Assembly (NCBI GenBank): GCA_023246755.1
Contig: JAHFHU010000006.1
Coordinates: 1-62,031 of the forward strand
From: Candidatus Magasanikiibacteriota bacterium
Lineage (GTDB): Bacteria > Patescibacteriota > Patescibacteriia > Magasanikbacterales > 2-02-FULL-50-9b
Direction: 5' to 3'
Length of the DNA stretch: 62,031 bases
Part shown: in pieces, positions 34,617 through 43,685 of the stretch
Layout of the letters: every line of letters begins with the position of its first letter
Position numbering within the stretch: the first letter of the stretch is position 1
Made by a program: the position numbers and the translations under genes
Notes under the pieces: generated by a model
The model's database searches: none
The model's input: only the letters and a program-made list of their open reading frames with translations
What the model was told of the DNA's origin: nothing

Positions 34617-35510
34617 TTAATTGATTTTATTTTTCTTGAAAAGAATCGCGTGTTTCATGCTGAGCCTCTCGAATTTGCTGTCATCGCACTCTTCACGTTG
34701 ATCAGTCAAAACATAGCCACCCTCCGCAAGATTTTCAGTAACATTTTGGTCATCAAAGAGCTTTATTCCCGTTGTTCGAAAACCCAGCAGCATTGTTATG
34801 GGTTTATCCATGCGAAAACGCGCTGGCCTTTTGTGGTCATCTGGCGGTGTATAGTTTGGAGCAAACGTGCCTTCTCTGTTTTTAAAGCGTTGCGCAATCT
34901 CTGGCTGAATGAGAATCAACATTTCGCCAGGAATATCTTCACCTGCTATTATTTTGTCGAGCGTTCCGTCTTTTTCATATGCTTCTAGCTCGGCTATGTA
35001 AGCGAGCCGATTTTTCTCATCAGTCTCTGCAGATGGGGCGACATGTTCATACGTTTCTTCCGAGCCGTAGATTTCCGGATAAAATTCAACACGAACCGTT
35101 TCATCTCCGTGACCAAAGTCAAAGGCGAACTCAAGACCGATCGTTGCTTCTCGTGGTTGTTCGTCCGTAATAGAGTTGATAATCTCGGTAACTTTTTCTT
35201 TGTTTTTGTTGTTAGCAAAAATAGGATCAACCATTATGATATGCCGTGCCCCAAGTGATAAAGGGTAGGCGATATCCGTTCCACTCGCGACATATACCAC
35301 CGCACCTTCGATCAGTTTCTTTTCATCCAATAGTAGCTGTTCTCGCACCTCGATCGCGATGTCTTGTTTATGTTCGATAGCTATTTTTTGATCTAAGGAA
35401 AGGGAGTTAATGTTGTTCGCGGCACGTCGCAGGTCATTTGAAGGAAACAGCGAATTAATTTTTTCAGCTATTAATTTTGAGTAGTCTAACTCTGGTTTTT
35501 CGTACGGCAT
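34617..35510 (-). CDS. Hypothetical protein (297 aa) with a possible Rossmann/methyltransferase-like core
   Basis: AVVYVASGTDIAYPLSLGARHIIMVD resembles motif I plus the acidic end of strand 2 in class I SAM-dependent methyltransferases. The family is not recognised. Ends 11 nt upstream of the 440-aa gene. Confidence 0.55.
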   Translation of the reverse strand: MPYEKPELDYSKLIAEKINSLFPSNDLRRAANNINSLSLDQKIAIEHKQDIAIEVREQLLLDEKKLIEGAVVYVASGTDIAYPLSLGARHIIMVDPIFANNKNKEKVTEIINSITDEQPREATIGLEFAFDFGHGDETVRVEFYPEIYGSEETYEHVAPSAETDEKNRLAYIAELEAYEKDGTLDKIIAGEDIPGEMLILIQPEIAQRFKNREGTFAPNYTPPDDHKRPARFRMDKPITMLLGFRTTGIKLFDDQNVTENLAEGGYVLTDQREECDDSKFERLSMKHAILFKKNKIN

Positions 35511-35562
35511 AAAAAATGAAATCTATTTTTCAGATCACGTCCGAGCTTGGACAATATTTTGT

Positions 35563-35571
35563 ATTTTACCA
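35563..35571 (-). promoter_or_regulatory. Possible extended -10 promoter (TGgTAAAAT on the minus strand) for the orphan two-gene module
   Basis: The reverse complement of 35563-35571 reads TGGTAAAAT, ~50 nt upstream of the start codon at 35510. Confidence 0.3.
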
Positions 35572-35585
35572 CACAACACGGAGAG

Positions 35586-35633
35586 CAAAAAGTGGAGCGG
35601 CCAAGCGCCCGAAATCGCGCTGGTTTTGTCCAC
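35586..35633 (-). terminator. Terminator-like two-tier hairpin followed by a T-run on the minus strand
   Basis: The minus strand reads GTGGAcaaaaCCAGCGCgatttcggGCGCtTGGccgcTCCAC followed by TTTTT. Confidence 0.4.
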
Positions 35634-35728
35634 CCTCGCGCCACTCCGAATGTTCAAGCTACCTGATATTGACAGTCGGATCTTAATCGTGGTATGTATA
35701 CGTCTTCGAGCGAACAAGGAGAAGTGCA

Positions 35729-35941
35729 ATGGCAAACAAAGAAGTTGAGTGGGTCCACAACTGCCGGAAAAAGCCAGACAAAGCGTTGTTCCAGGACATT
35801 GAGTGGAAAGGTGGTGTATGGAGCGTGACTGAGCTTCGAGGCAGCATCTTCATCGTTTCCGTGCCGATTCGAGTCATCAGGAATGGTAGGTGCCCGTGGC
35901 GTAAACTTAAGTTGCCGACTCCAGAAAGTGGAGCTGTCTGA
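35729..35941 (+). CDS. Hypothetical small protein (70 aa)
   Basis: Canonical Shine-Dalgarno site aaGGAGaagtgcaATG, followed by a terminator. Trp/Lys/Arg-rich. No family recognised. Confidence 0.5.
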   Translation: MANKEVEWVHNCRKKPDKALFQDIEWKGGVWSVTELRGSIFIVSVPIRVIRNGRCPWRKLKLPTPESGAV

Positions 35942-35978
35942 ACTGCGGGAAAATTTCTATCGCCGTCTAAATCTTTAG

Positions 35979-36016
35979 CCCCTGTTCAACAACCTGTTGA
36001 GTGGGGTTCTTTTTTT
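35979..36016 (+). terminator. Rho-independent terminator
   Basis: CCCCtgtTCAAC-aacct-GTTGAgtGGGG stem followed by TTCTTTTTTT. Confidence 0.55.
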
Positions 36017-36023
36017 GATATGA

Positions 36024-36659
36024 TCATCGGATTCCTGAAGCGTGCGGAAGATTTGCGCGTGGTCGTATAAATTTTTCGTATGTCCTTGTTTGAATGAGTT
36101 GGTGTAATAATGCACCCTCACTCACATCGCCATCGAGAATTTCATCGGCAAATCGTGCGCCGTGGCTTCCGTGCATTTCAAAAATCGGCACAACGACATC
36201 GTAAAAATACGCATCGTCCATTTCGGGCCATCGATTTTTTTTGCGTGCGTATTGTTGCTCGACCGAAACCGTTAAGTAAAATTTCGCATCAAATAAATTT
36301 CGAATGCGCGGATCGTAATAGAGTAAATATCCTTCGACAAAAATGATCGGCGTTGGCGTGATGAGTTCGGTGCCCGATTGAACGCCGGACTTTTTTTCGT
36401 AAACGGGGAATTCTGTTGGCGCACCGGAGCGAAGTTTGAGCAACGCGGCATGCAGCATATCCCACTCAATATTTTCGGGACTTTCTCGATTGACCCAGCG
36501 TTTATACGAGGGGAATGTTTCGTAGGGCTTAAAAAAACCATCCAAGCGAATGTGGGTTACGTGGGGATTTTCATCTTTTATCGCACGCACGAGCGTTGTT
36601 TTGCCTGCGCCCGACGGCCCCGCAAGTCCGATGAAAATTGGTGGTTGTTCGGGTGGCAT
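36024..36659 (-). CDS. P-loop nucleoside kinase, uridine kinase/PRK-family-like
   Basis: Walker A GLAGPSGAGKTT near the N-terminus, with a uridine-kinase-like layout (FVEGYLLYYDP). The start at 36659 was chosen because the upstream part of the 518-aa track ORF is antisense to the helicase gene. Confidence 0.7.
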   Translation of the reverse strand: MPPEQPPIFIGLAGPSGAGKTTLVRAIKDENPHVTHIRLDGFFKPYETFPSYKRWVNRESPENIEWDMLHAALLKLRSGAPTEFPVYEKKSGVQSGTELITPTPIIFVEGYLLYYDPRIRNLFDAKFYLTVSVEQQYARKKNRWPEMDDAYFYDVVVPIFEMHGSHGARFADEILDGDVSEGALLHQLIQTRTYEKFIRPRANLPHASGIR

Positions 36660-36692
36660 AGTTGCTTTATTTCTAAAGTATAACACAGATTC

Positions 36693-39650
36693 ATGATAGA
36701 ATATCACAATATGGATACATCCGCGCTTAACGAAAATCAAAAAAAGGCGGTCATGCATGGCGCGGGGCCGCTGATGATTATCGCGGGTGCGGGTACGGGT
36801 AAGACGAATGTAATTACGCATCGCATCGCGTGGCTCATCGAACAAAAATTGGCGCGGCCGAGTGAAATTATTGCGCTGACGTTCACGGAAAAAGCAGCGC
36901 ACGAGATGACGGATCGGCTCGAGCGATTGATCGGACATCAGGCGATTGAGGTGACGGCGTCGACGTTTCACGGATTTTGTCAGCAACTCATTGCGCGCTA
37001 TGGTTTGGAAATCGGGGTGACGCCGGGCGCGCCGCTGTTGTCCGAGGTCGAGCTGTGGCTTTTGATGAATCGTGAGTTTGAGCGGTTTAGTTTTTTGAAA
37101 TATTATCGGCCGCATGGCAATCCGACGAAATTTTTGCGCGCGCTCATCAAACATATTTTGCGCGCGAAGGATGAAAATATTTCGGTCGACCAGTATCGAG
37201 CATTTGCGGAAAATTTTCGGCTGAATTTGGATGGCGCGGACGTGGTTGCGGGGGATGATGCGACGCGGTGGGATGAGCTTGCGGAAAGTTACGCGACGTA
37301 TCAAACGATTATGCGTGAGTGCGGTGTAATGGATTTTGGAGATTTGATGCTTGAAGCAAACCGATTGGTTGCGGAGCGCCCCAGTGTGCGCGCGCGGGTG
37401 CAGGCGCGATACAAATATATTGTTGTCGACGAATTTCAGGATACGAACATGGCGCAGTATGATTTGGTGCGCGCGCTCCTCGGCCCCGAACAGAATATCA
37501 CTGTAGTTGGCGATGATGATCAGGCGATTTATAAATTTCGTGGCGCAAGCGTTGATAATATTCTGCAATTTCGAAATCATTTTCCCGCACGCACAGAAGT
37601 TTTTTTAACAGAAAATTATCGATCGCATCAGGAAATTTTGGATGCAGCATACGGACTCATTCAGTTTAATAATCCGAACCGATTAGAAGTTGACGCGGCG
37701 ACGGGCGAGTCTTCAGGCGCGAAAAAATTGCGTGCGTTTAAGTCGTCAGGCGGCGAGGTACAGGCGCATCAATTTGCGACCGGCATCAAAGAAGCAAAAT
37801 GGGTTGCGGCGAAAATTCAGTTGCTCATCGAGAGCGGCGCTCAGGCGAATCAGATCGCAGTTTTGGCGCGTGGATCGGCGCATCTTGAAGAAACGGCACA
37901 GCAACTGTTGCGGATGCGCGTGCCGTTTGTGATTGCACAGACGGATGGGCTTTTGCGCACGCGCGTTGCGATTGATGTGTTGTCGCTGATTCGTGTCGCG
38001 CTTGATCGAACGAATAACAGCGCGTGGTATCACGTGGCGATTTCGCGTATCTCGCGCGTACCGCCGAACGATCTGATTGAAACGATTGCGCATGCGCGGC
38101 GAAAAAATTTACAACTTTCAAAAGCGCTCCTCAGCGAATTTGCGCCGGACATGAGCGATGAGGGTCGTGCGGCACTTGGCGAGCTTGCGAATCATGTTCG
38201 GCTTGAGCCAGAATTTTTGCGCGCGAATCGTGCGAGTGCGATTGCATATCAGCTGCTTGAGCAGACCGGATATTTTAAAACGCTCGTGCGCGAAATTGAG
38301 GCGGGGAGTGAGACCGCGCTGACCGACATGGGGCTCATCAATCAATTGCTCGAATTTATGGCGGAGTGGGAAGTGCAACATGCGAGCGCAACACCGTTTG
38401 ATTTTTTGGCGGATTGCGAGCGGTTGCTTGAGCTCGGCGAAGAGGGGCAGCAAGCGCTTGACACGGGCGCGATGGATGCGGTGCAGATGTTGACAATTCA
38501 CGCGTCAAAAGGTTTGGAGTTTGACGCGGTGTTTGTAGTTTCCGCGATCGAAGGTCGGTTTCCGGGAATCGAGCGCGCAAATGGAATTGAGTTGCCGGCG
38601 GAATTGGTGCGTGAAAAAAATTCTGACGATCATCACACCGAAGAAGAGCGTCGGCTCGCGTATGTTGCGTTTACCCGCGCGAAGCAAAAATTATTTATTT
38701 CGTGCGCTGAAAAATATTCAAGCGCGGAAAATGCGCGAGCACGCAAGCCATCGCGATTTATCGCGGAGGCGGGATGCGAGATTATGTCGGTCGACGCCGA
38801 GTCGGGCGACGAAGAAATTGATGCGGCGGCTGCAGATGAACTCCCGATTAAAATCGCGGCCGATAAAAAAGATTCGTTCAGCTTCACGCAACTCCAATCG
38901 TTTGAAACGTGTCCGTATCAATATTGGTTCGCGCATGTTTTAAAATTGCCGACCAAGACAAAGTGGACCATGAATTTTGGGCGATCGCTTCATGCAGCGC
39001 TTCAGCAATGGTATGAACTTTTGCGTGAAGGCGCGAGTGCACAGCAAGTTTCGTTATTTGAAATTACTGCGACACCGGATGTGGCGAGTGTGCCCGATGT
39101 TGCAAAATTTATCGACATTTTATCGCGCGTGTGGATTTCGGATGGGTATCCATCGCGAAAATTTGAGGATGAAAAACGTGCTGAGGCCGAAGGAATGCTC
39201 CGACAGTATTACAAACAACACAGTGGCCGATGGACGACGCCGGCATGTATCGAGCAACGATTTCGGGTGGTGATTGGCGGCGAGACACTGACCGGTTCGA
39301 TTGATCGGCTTGACATTTTGCCGAGCGGCGAAGTCGAAATTATCGATTATAAAACGGGCGCGCCAAAAACCGCGGACGATTTAAAATTTGATTCGAAACA
39401 ACAACTGTTGCTCTACCAGCTTGCGGCCGAGCGACAATTTAAGATGAAGCCGACGTTGCTGTCATATTATTATCTGCAAAATAATGAGAAGGCGAGTTTC
39501 GTTGCGAAAGAAAAAGATCTTGAAAAAATTGAAACGTTCGTCGGCGAGACGGTGGCCGAAATTCGACAGAGTAAATTTGCTGCAAAGCCGTCGCAATTTG
39601 CGTGTGGCAACTGTGATTTTAAGGAAATTTGTCCGTATCGACAATTATAG
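36693..39650 (+). CDS. UvrD/PcrA-like superfamily 1 helicase fused to a C-terminal PD-(D/E)XK Cas4/AddB-type nuclease with a four-Cys cluster
   Basis: LNENQKKAV, Walker A AGAGTGKT and motif II VVDEFQDTN. The C-terminal domain has FETCPYQYWF, GSIDRLD...EIIDYKTG, QLLLYQLA and CGNCDFKEICPY. Alternative start ATG 36711. Confidence 0.85.
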   Translation: MIEYHNMDTSALNENQKKAVMHGAGPLMIIAGAGTGKTNVITHRIAWLIEQKLARPSEIIALTFTEKAAHEMTDRLERLIGHQAIEVTASTFHGFCQQLIARYGLEIGVTPGAPLLSEVELWLLMNREFERFSFLKYYRPHGNPTKFLRALIKHILRAKDENISVDQYRAFAENFRLNLDGADVVAGDDATRWDELAESYATYQTIMRECGVMDFGDLMLEANRLVAERPSVRARVQARYKYIVVDEFQDTNMAQYDLVRALLGPEQNITVVGDDDQAIYKFRGASVDNILQFRNHFPARTEVFLTENYRSHQEILDAAYGLIQFNNPNRLEVDAATGESSGAKKLRAFKSSGGEVQAHQFATGIKEAKWVAAKIQLLIESGAQANQIAVLARGSAHLEETAQQLLRMRVPFVIAQTDGLLRTRVAIDVLSLIRVALDRTNNSAWYHVAISRISRVPPNDLIETIAHARRKNLQLSKALLSEFAPDMSDEGRAALGELANHVRLEPEFLRANRASAIAYQLLEQTGYFKTLVREIEAGSETALTDMGLINQLLEFMAEWEVQHASATPFDFLADCERLLELGEEGQQALDTGAMDAVQMLTIHASKGLEFDAVFVVSAIEGRFPGIERANGIELPAELVREKNSDDHHTEEERRLAYVAFTRAKQKLFISCAEKYSSAENARARKPSRFIAEAGCEIMSVDAESGDEEIDAAAADELPIKIAADKKDSFSFTQLQSFETCPYQYWFAHVLKLPTKTKWTMNFGRSLHAALQQWYELLREGASAQQVSLFEITATPDVASVPDVAKFIDILSRVWISDGYPSRKFEDEKRAEAEGMLRQYYKQHSGRWTTPACIEQRFRVVIGGETLTGSIDRLDILPSGEVEIIDYKTGAPKTADDLKFDSKQQLLLYQLAAERQFKMKPTLLSYYYLQNNEKASFVAKEKDLEKIETFVGETVAEIRQSKFAAKPSQFACGNCDFKEICPYRQL

Positions 39651-39658
39651 TAATAATT

Positions 39659-40549
39659 ATGAAAGAAAAATGGAATTTAAAGATAACAACGCAGGGCGAT
39701 AGCTTGCCGGAAGATGATGAAAAAAGATCGGTCGAATTTTTACATGAGCATGTGTTGCAAAGGACACAGGAACACCCGTTTATTGAATTTGAAAAGACTG
39801 AGGAAGAGGTGAAAATAATTCAGGAAATGAACGACGTCTACTCTTCAATTTTTTTGAAATTTGGTTTAGAAGATCAGAGGATTAGCCTTTCTGATGTGCA
39901 CGTTGTGGATGAAAATTCTTTCAAGAGTGTCAGGGGCATCAATATAGGCGGTACTACGAGGGGCACTCAAATTTACGTTCCACGAATAGAAGGTGCTCCT
40001 GTAGCCAAACACACATTATCTCATGAAATGGCTCATGCGTTTGCTTTTAGTCGTAAAAGTTTTCTTGCACAAATTGAAATCACCAATAAACAAAAACAAT
40101 ATAATTATTCAGATGAGCAAGATAAGAGAACGGGCTATCATTTTGTAGCTGATGGCATAAATCAGTTTTTGGGTTTAAATGAGTGTGTTACCGAATATAT
40201 TGGCTCAGTAGTGCACGAAGCTATCAAACACAAAATCAATTTGGTCACCACAAATCTCAAAGAACTTCCGATAGATATCACGGCGTATATTCCAGCATAT
40301 ATCCTGCTTGAATTTTTGGTGAAGCGATATAGTCAAAAGGATAATGACGAAAACGAGATTTGGGACGAAATTGCTAGAGGGTATTTCACCGGCGACATGC
40401 GCTGGGTTAATAAGCTGAAGATAGTACATCCTGAAATTGCTCGTATTTTGCGTGATATGGGCAAGACTGACAAGGCGGCGCTTCACGCGGCTGAGGAACT
40501 TGATCTGAAAGATGCGATTGAAGCAATGAAATTCTATTTTGAGGTGTAA
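39659..40549 (+). CDS. Hypothetical HExxH protein (putative Zn-metallopeptidase), AT-rich
   Basis: TLSHEMAHAFAF, with a downstream NECVTEY as a possible third ligand. ATG 39659 lies 9 nt after the helicase stop. Confidence 0.55.
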   Translation: MKEKWNLKITTQGDSLPEDDEKRSVEFLHEHVLQRTQEHPFIEFEKTEEEVKIIQEMNDVYSSIFLKFGLEDQRISLSDVHVVDENSFKSVRGINIGGTTRGTQIYVPRIEGAPVAKHTLSHEMAHAFAFSRKSFLAQIEITNKQKQYNYSDEQDKRTGYHFVADGINQFLGLNECVTEYIGSVVHEAIKHKINLVTTNLKELPIDITAYIPAYILLEFLVKRYSQKDNDENEIWDEIARGYFTGDMRWVNKLKIVHPEIARILRDMGKTDKAALHAAEELDLKDAIEAMKFYFEV

Positions 40550-40699
40550 AAATGATTTTGGCGTCCCTTACTAAATAATCCCCAGTATTTAGTTTGTGTT
40601 CAAGCGCGCGGCACCCCATTTTATGCGACCTTGCTTTATTTTTGTAGTCGTGCAGTTCGCCACTTGCTAATTCCACCAACATTTGCGAAAATAAGCCAT

Positions 40700-40987
40700 A
40701 TGGAAGATCTTAAGGGAATGATCAAAAGTCGGGTCAATGTGTCGGGCGTGACAGCTTCGGTCGCTGCAGCGCTCGTCGTTGAGTCTGCGCAAAAAGTTTT
40801 TGATGAATTCTTTGGGTTGGAGCCGCAGTTGGTGCGTGTCTTGTATCTGAAAAATCGGACGCTGACGGTTTCGGTGAGTGGTGCGCCGGTCGCACAGGAG
40901 GTCAAAAAAAACGAAACGCAGTTGCTTGAAAAAATTCGCATCGCGACCGCTGACCCAACAATTGAGCGTATTCGTTATCTTTTGTAA
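40700..40987 (+). CDS. DUF721/DciA-like small protein
   Basis: 95 aa. The pattern VAAALVVESAQKVFDEFFG...VRVLYLKNRTLTVSVSGAPVAQEVK matches the DUF721 layout (…L.v.v.s..wa.el…). Confidence 0.5.
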   Translation: MEDLKGMIKSRVNVSGVTASVAAALVVESAQKVFDEFFGLEPQLVRVLYLKNRTLTVSVSGAPVAQEVKKNETQLLEKIRIATADPTIERIRYLL

Positions 40988-40989
40988 CT

Positions 40990-41370
40990 ATGTCGCTCCG
41001 TGGCTTTTTGTGTATCGTCGCATTTTCTGACGCATGTTGCTGGGCTGCATGGTGGCTTTTGTTGTCAATGACAGCGCCGGATGCCGGGCTCATGATCGTC
41101 GCGCTTTTTTACGCAAGTTTATTGCTCGCACTTGTCGGTTTATTTGTCGTTGTCGGTTTTGCGATTCGAGTTTTTATTTTGAAACGCGATGAGGTCGTCC
41201 ATTTATATGTGAAGCGAACATTTCGCCAAGCATTTTTACTTGGTTTACTTTTGATCATCGCGCTCTGGCTTGCACATCACACATGGCTTCGGTGGTGGGT
41301 TTTGTCTGTGGTTGTTGCGGCGCTCGGCATGTGGGAACATTTTTTTCTAACGGGCGAAGAATCTTATTGA
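40990..41370 (+). CDS. Hypothetical membrane protein (126 aa, 4 TM)
   Basis: Hydrophobic helices. Starts 2 nt after the upstream stop. Confidence 0.5.
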   Translation: MSLRGFLCIVAFSDACCWAAWWLLLSMTAPDAGLMIVALFYASLLLALVGLFVVVGFAIRVFILKRDEVVHLYVKRTFRQAFLLGLLLIIALWLAHHTWLRWWVLSVVVAALGMWEHFFLTGEESY

Positions 41371-41377
41371 AATTAAT

Positions 41378-42625
41378 ATGCGATTTTCAGAACAACTGAT
41401 CAAAACAACCAAAGAAATTCCGAGTGGCGAGCAAAGTCGTAACGCTGAGTTGTTGATCCGCGGCGGGTTTATCGATAAAACCATGGCGGGCGTGTATACG
41501 TTGTTGCCCATGGGGCTTAAAGTTTTGAACCACATCGTTCGCATCATCCGAGAGGAAATGGAATCGCTCGGCGCAGAAGAAATTTTTATGCCGGCGCTCC
41601 AGCCGAAAGAATTGTGGGATGCGACGGGTCGTTGGGATACGATGGATGTTTTGTATCGTGTACACTCACCGGACGGTTCCCATGAGTTTGGTCTCGGACC
41701 CACGCACGAAGAGGTGGTGACGCCACTTGTGAAAAAATTTATTTTGTCATATCGCGATTTGCCGCGCGCAGTTTTTCAGATTCAAACAAAATTTCGATTT
41801 GAGGCGCGTGCAAAATCGGGAATTTTACGTGGTCGCGAATTCATGATGAAAGATTTGTACAGTTTTCATGCAACCGAAACAGATCTGCTCGCCTATTACG
41901 AACGCGCGGCTGCTGCATATTTTCGCGTGTACGAACGCCTCGGGTTGACCGCGCTCAAAGTGCGCGCGAGCGGCGGCGCATTTTCTGATTTCTCGCATGA
42001 GTTTCAGGTCATCGCGGACTGCGGCGAAGATTTGATTTATCATTGTGATGCGTGTGAGTTTGCCGAGAATAAAGAAATCGCAACGTGCGTTGAAGGTGCT
42101 CCATGTCCGACGTGTGCGGCGGGCACGATTCGCGTTTCAAAAGCGGTTGAAGTTGGAAATATTTTTCCACTCTACAACAAATTTTCGGATGCGTTTAATT
42201 TCGCAATAAAAAATCAGGATGGGACGGATCAAAAAGTTTTGATGGGTTGCTACGGAATCGGTTGCACGCGGCTTATGGGTACCATTGCGGAAGTTTTGTC
42301 CGATGAAAACGGTCTCGTGTGGCCTCAACAAATCGCGCCATATCAAATTCATTTGATTCAGCTCGGCGCAGACGATACGGTTGCAGAAGCAGCAAAGGAT
42401 ATTTACGAAAAATTACAGAGTAAGGGCGTTGCGGTTTTGTTTGATGATCGAACGGATGTAAAGGCGGGTGAAAAATTTGCGGATGCGGACTTGATTGGAA
42501 TTCCACGACGCGTCGTTGTATCAACAAAAACTATTCAAGCAGCATCCGTTGAGCTGAAATATCGCGCGACGGGTGAAACATCGCTCATCCCAGTTCAGCA
42601 ATTTCTGGATGAGCCGTATGTTTAA
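41378..42625 (+). CDS. proS: Prolyl-tRNA synthetase, bacterial-type core without the INS editing domain (415 aa)
   Basis: NAELLIRGGFI, GLGPTHEEVVT, FQIQTKFRFEARAKSGILRGREFMMKDLYSFH (class II motif 2) and a C-terminal anticodon-binding domain. A CDACEF...CPTC knuckle precedes motif 3. Confidence 0.88.
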   Translation: MRFSEQLIKTTKEIPSGEQSRNAELLIRGGFIDKTMAGVYTLLPMGLKVLNHIVRIIREEMESLGAEEIFMPALQPKELWDATGRWDTMDVLYRVHSPDGSHEFGLGPTHEEVVTPLVKKFILSYRDLPRAVFQIQTKFRFEARAKSGILRGREFMMKDLYSFHATETDLLAYYERAAAAYFRVYERLGLTALKVRASGGAFSDFSHEFQVIADCGEDLIYHCDACEFAENKEIATCVEGAPCPTCAAGTIRVSKAVEVGNIFPLYNKFSDAFNFAIKNQDGTDQKVLMGCYGIGCTRLMGTIAEVLSDENGLVWPQQIAPYQIHLIQLGADDTVAEAAKDIYEKLQSKGVAVLFDDRTDVKAGEKFADADLIGIPRRVVVSTKTIQAASVELKYRATGETSLIPVQQFLDEPYV

Positions 42626-43673
42626 AAAATTTTTTAGACAATTCAGCAAAGATGTCGGACTTGATTTGGGTTCATCAAATACACGTGTCTATGTAAAAGA
42701 CAAAGGTATCGTTGTTGATGAGCCGTCCGTCGTTGCATTGAATTCAAAAACAGATCAGATCATCGCGGTCGGTCGCACGGCGCGCGATATGGTGGGGAAA
42801 ACACCGGCGCATATTACAACGTCGCGGCCATTGCTTCGTGGAATTATTTCTGATTACGAAGTTGCGGAAAAAATGATCAAATATTTTATTGATAAGGTGC
42901 ACGAGGACGGGGTGAATTTAGTTCCGCGTCCGCGCATCGTTGTTGCGGCGCCGCTCGAAATCACCGAGGTTGAACGTAAGGCGGTTGAAGACGCTGCGTA
43001 TGCGGCGGGTGCGAGTGAGGTGCATGTCATTGAAAATCCGATGGCAGCGGCGTTTGGTGTGCGCTTGCCGGTTGAGGATGCTGTTGGAACGATGATTGTG
43101 AGTGTTGGCGGTGGCGTAACTGAAGTCGCGGTGATTTCTTTGGGAGGTGTGGTGACGTGGCGTTCCATCCCAATTGCCGGCGAAGAAATGGATCATAATA
43201 TTGTGCATTATTGTCGCGAAGTTTTTAACTTGCTGATTGGTGAGCGGCAAGCAGAAGAGGTTAAAATTAAATTGGGTTCGGCTGAAGAGCTCGGGACATC
43301 AGAACAGATGGCGGTGCGTGGTCGTGATTTGTTGACGGGTTTGCCGCGTGAAGTTATCGTCACGGATACGCATATTCGCGAGGCGATTCAACGTTCGATT
43401 AAAGTTATTATTGATGCAGTCAAAGCAACGCTCGAGGTTACGCCCCCAGAACTTGTTGCGGATATTCATGAGCGGGGAATTGTGATGGTTGGCGGAGGCT
43501 CACAATTACGTGGGCTTGATCGTGCGTTGTCGAAGGCCGCAGAAATTCCTGTGCGCGTTGCGGATGATCCAACGACTGCGGTTGTTCGCGGAACCGGCCT
43601 GCTGCTTGAGCATCATGCGGTGCTTCGCGAAGTTGAACTGCCGTCTGCGCGTCTGCAAGAAAAAGTTGGATAG
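42618..43673 (+). CDS. mreB: Rod shape-determining protein MreB
   Basis: DLGSSNTRVY, the actin-fold phosphate motifs, and GGGSQLRGLD. Confidence 0.93.
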   Translation: MFKKFFRQFSKDVGLDLGSSNTRVYVKDKGIVVDEPSVVALNSKTDQIIAVGRTARDMVGKTPAHITTSRPLLRGIISDYEVAEKMIKYFIDKVHEDGVNLVPRPRIVVAAPLEITEVERKAVEDAAYAAGASEVHVIENPMAAAFGVRLPVEDAVGTMIVSVGGGVTEVAVISLGGVVTWRSIPIAGEEMDHNIVHYCREVFNLLIGERQAEEVKIKLGSAEELGTSEQMAVRGRDLLTGLPREVIVTDTHIREAIQRSIKVIIDAVKATLEVTPPELVADIHERGIVMVGGGSQLRGLDRALSKAAEIPVRVADDPTTAVVRGTGLLLEHHAVLREVELPSARLQEKVG

Positions 43674-43685
43674 GTGTAAAACTGT

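Noticed and set aside
36660-37580. The N-terminal two-thirds of the 518-aa minus-strand track ORF (36024-37580).
   Set aside because: It is antisense to the well-supported helicase gene and is Arg/His/Ile-rich low-complexity sequence. Only the C-terminal 211 aa from ATG 36659 (P-loop kinase) look like a real protein.
40570-40600. AT-rich hairpin ACTAAATA-n8-TATTTAGT after the HExxH gene as a terminator.
   Set aside because: The 8-bp stem has a single G-C pair and only a weak T-run, so it is too weak to call.
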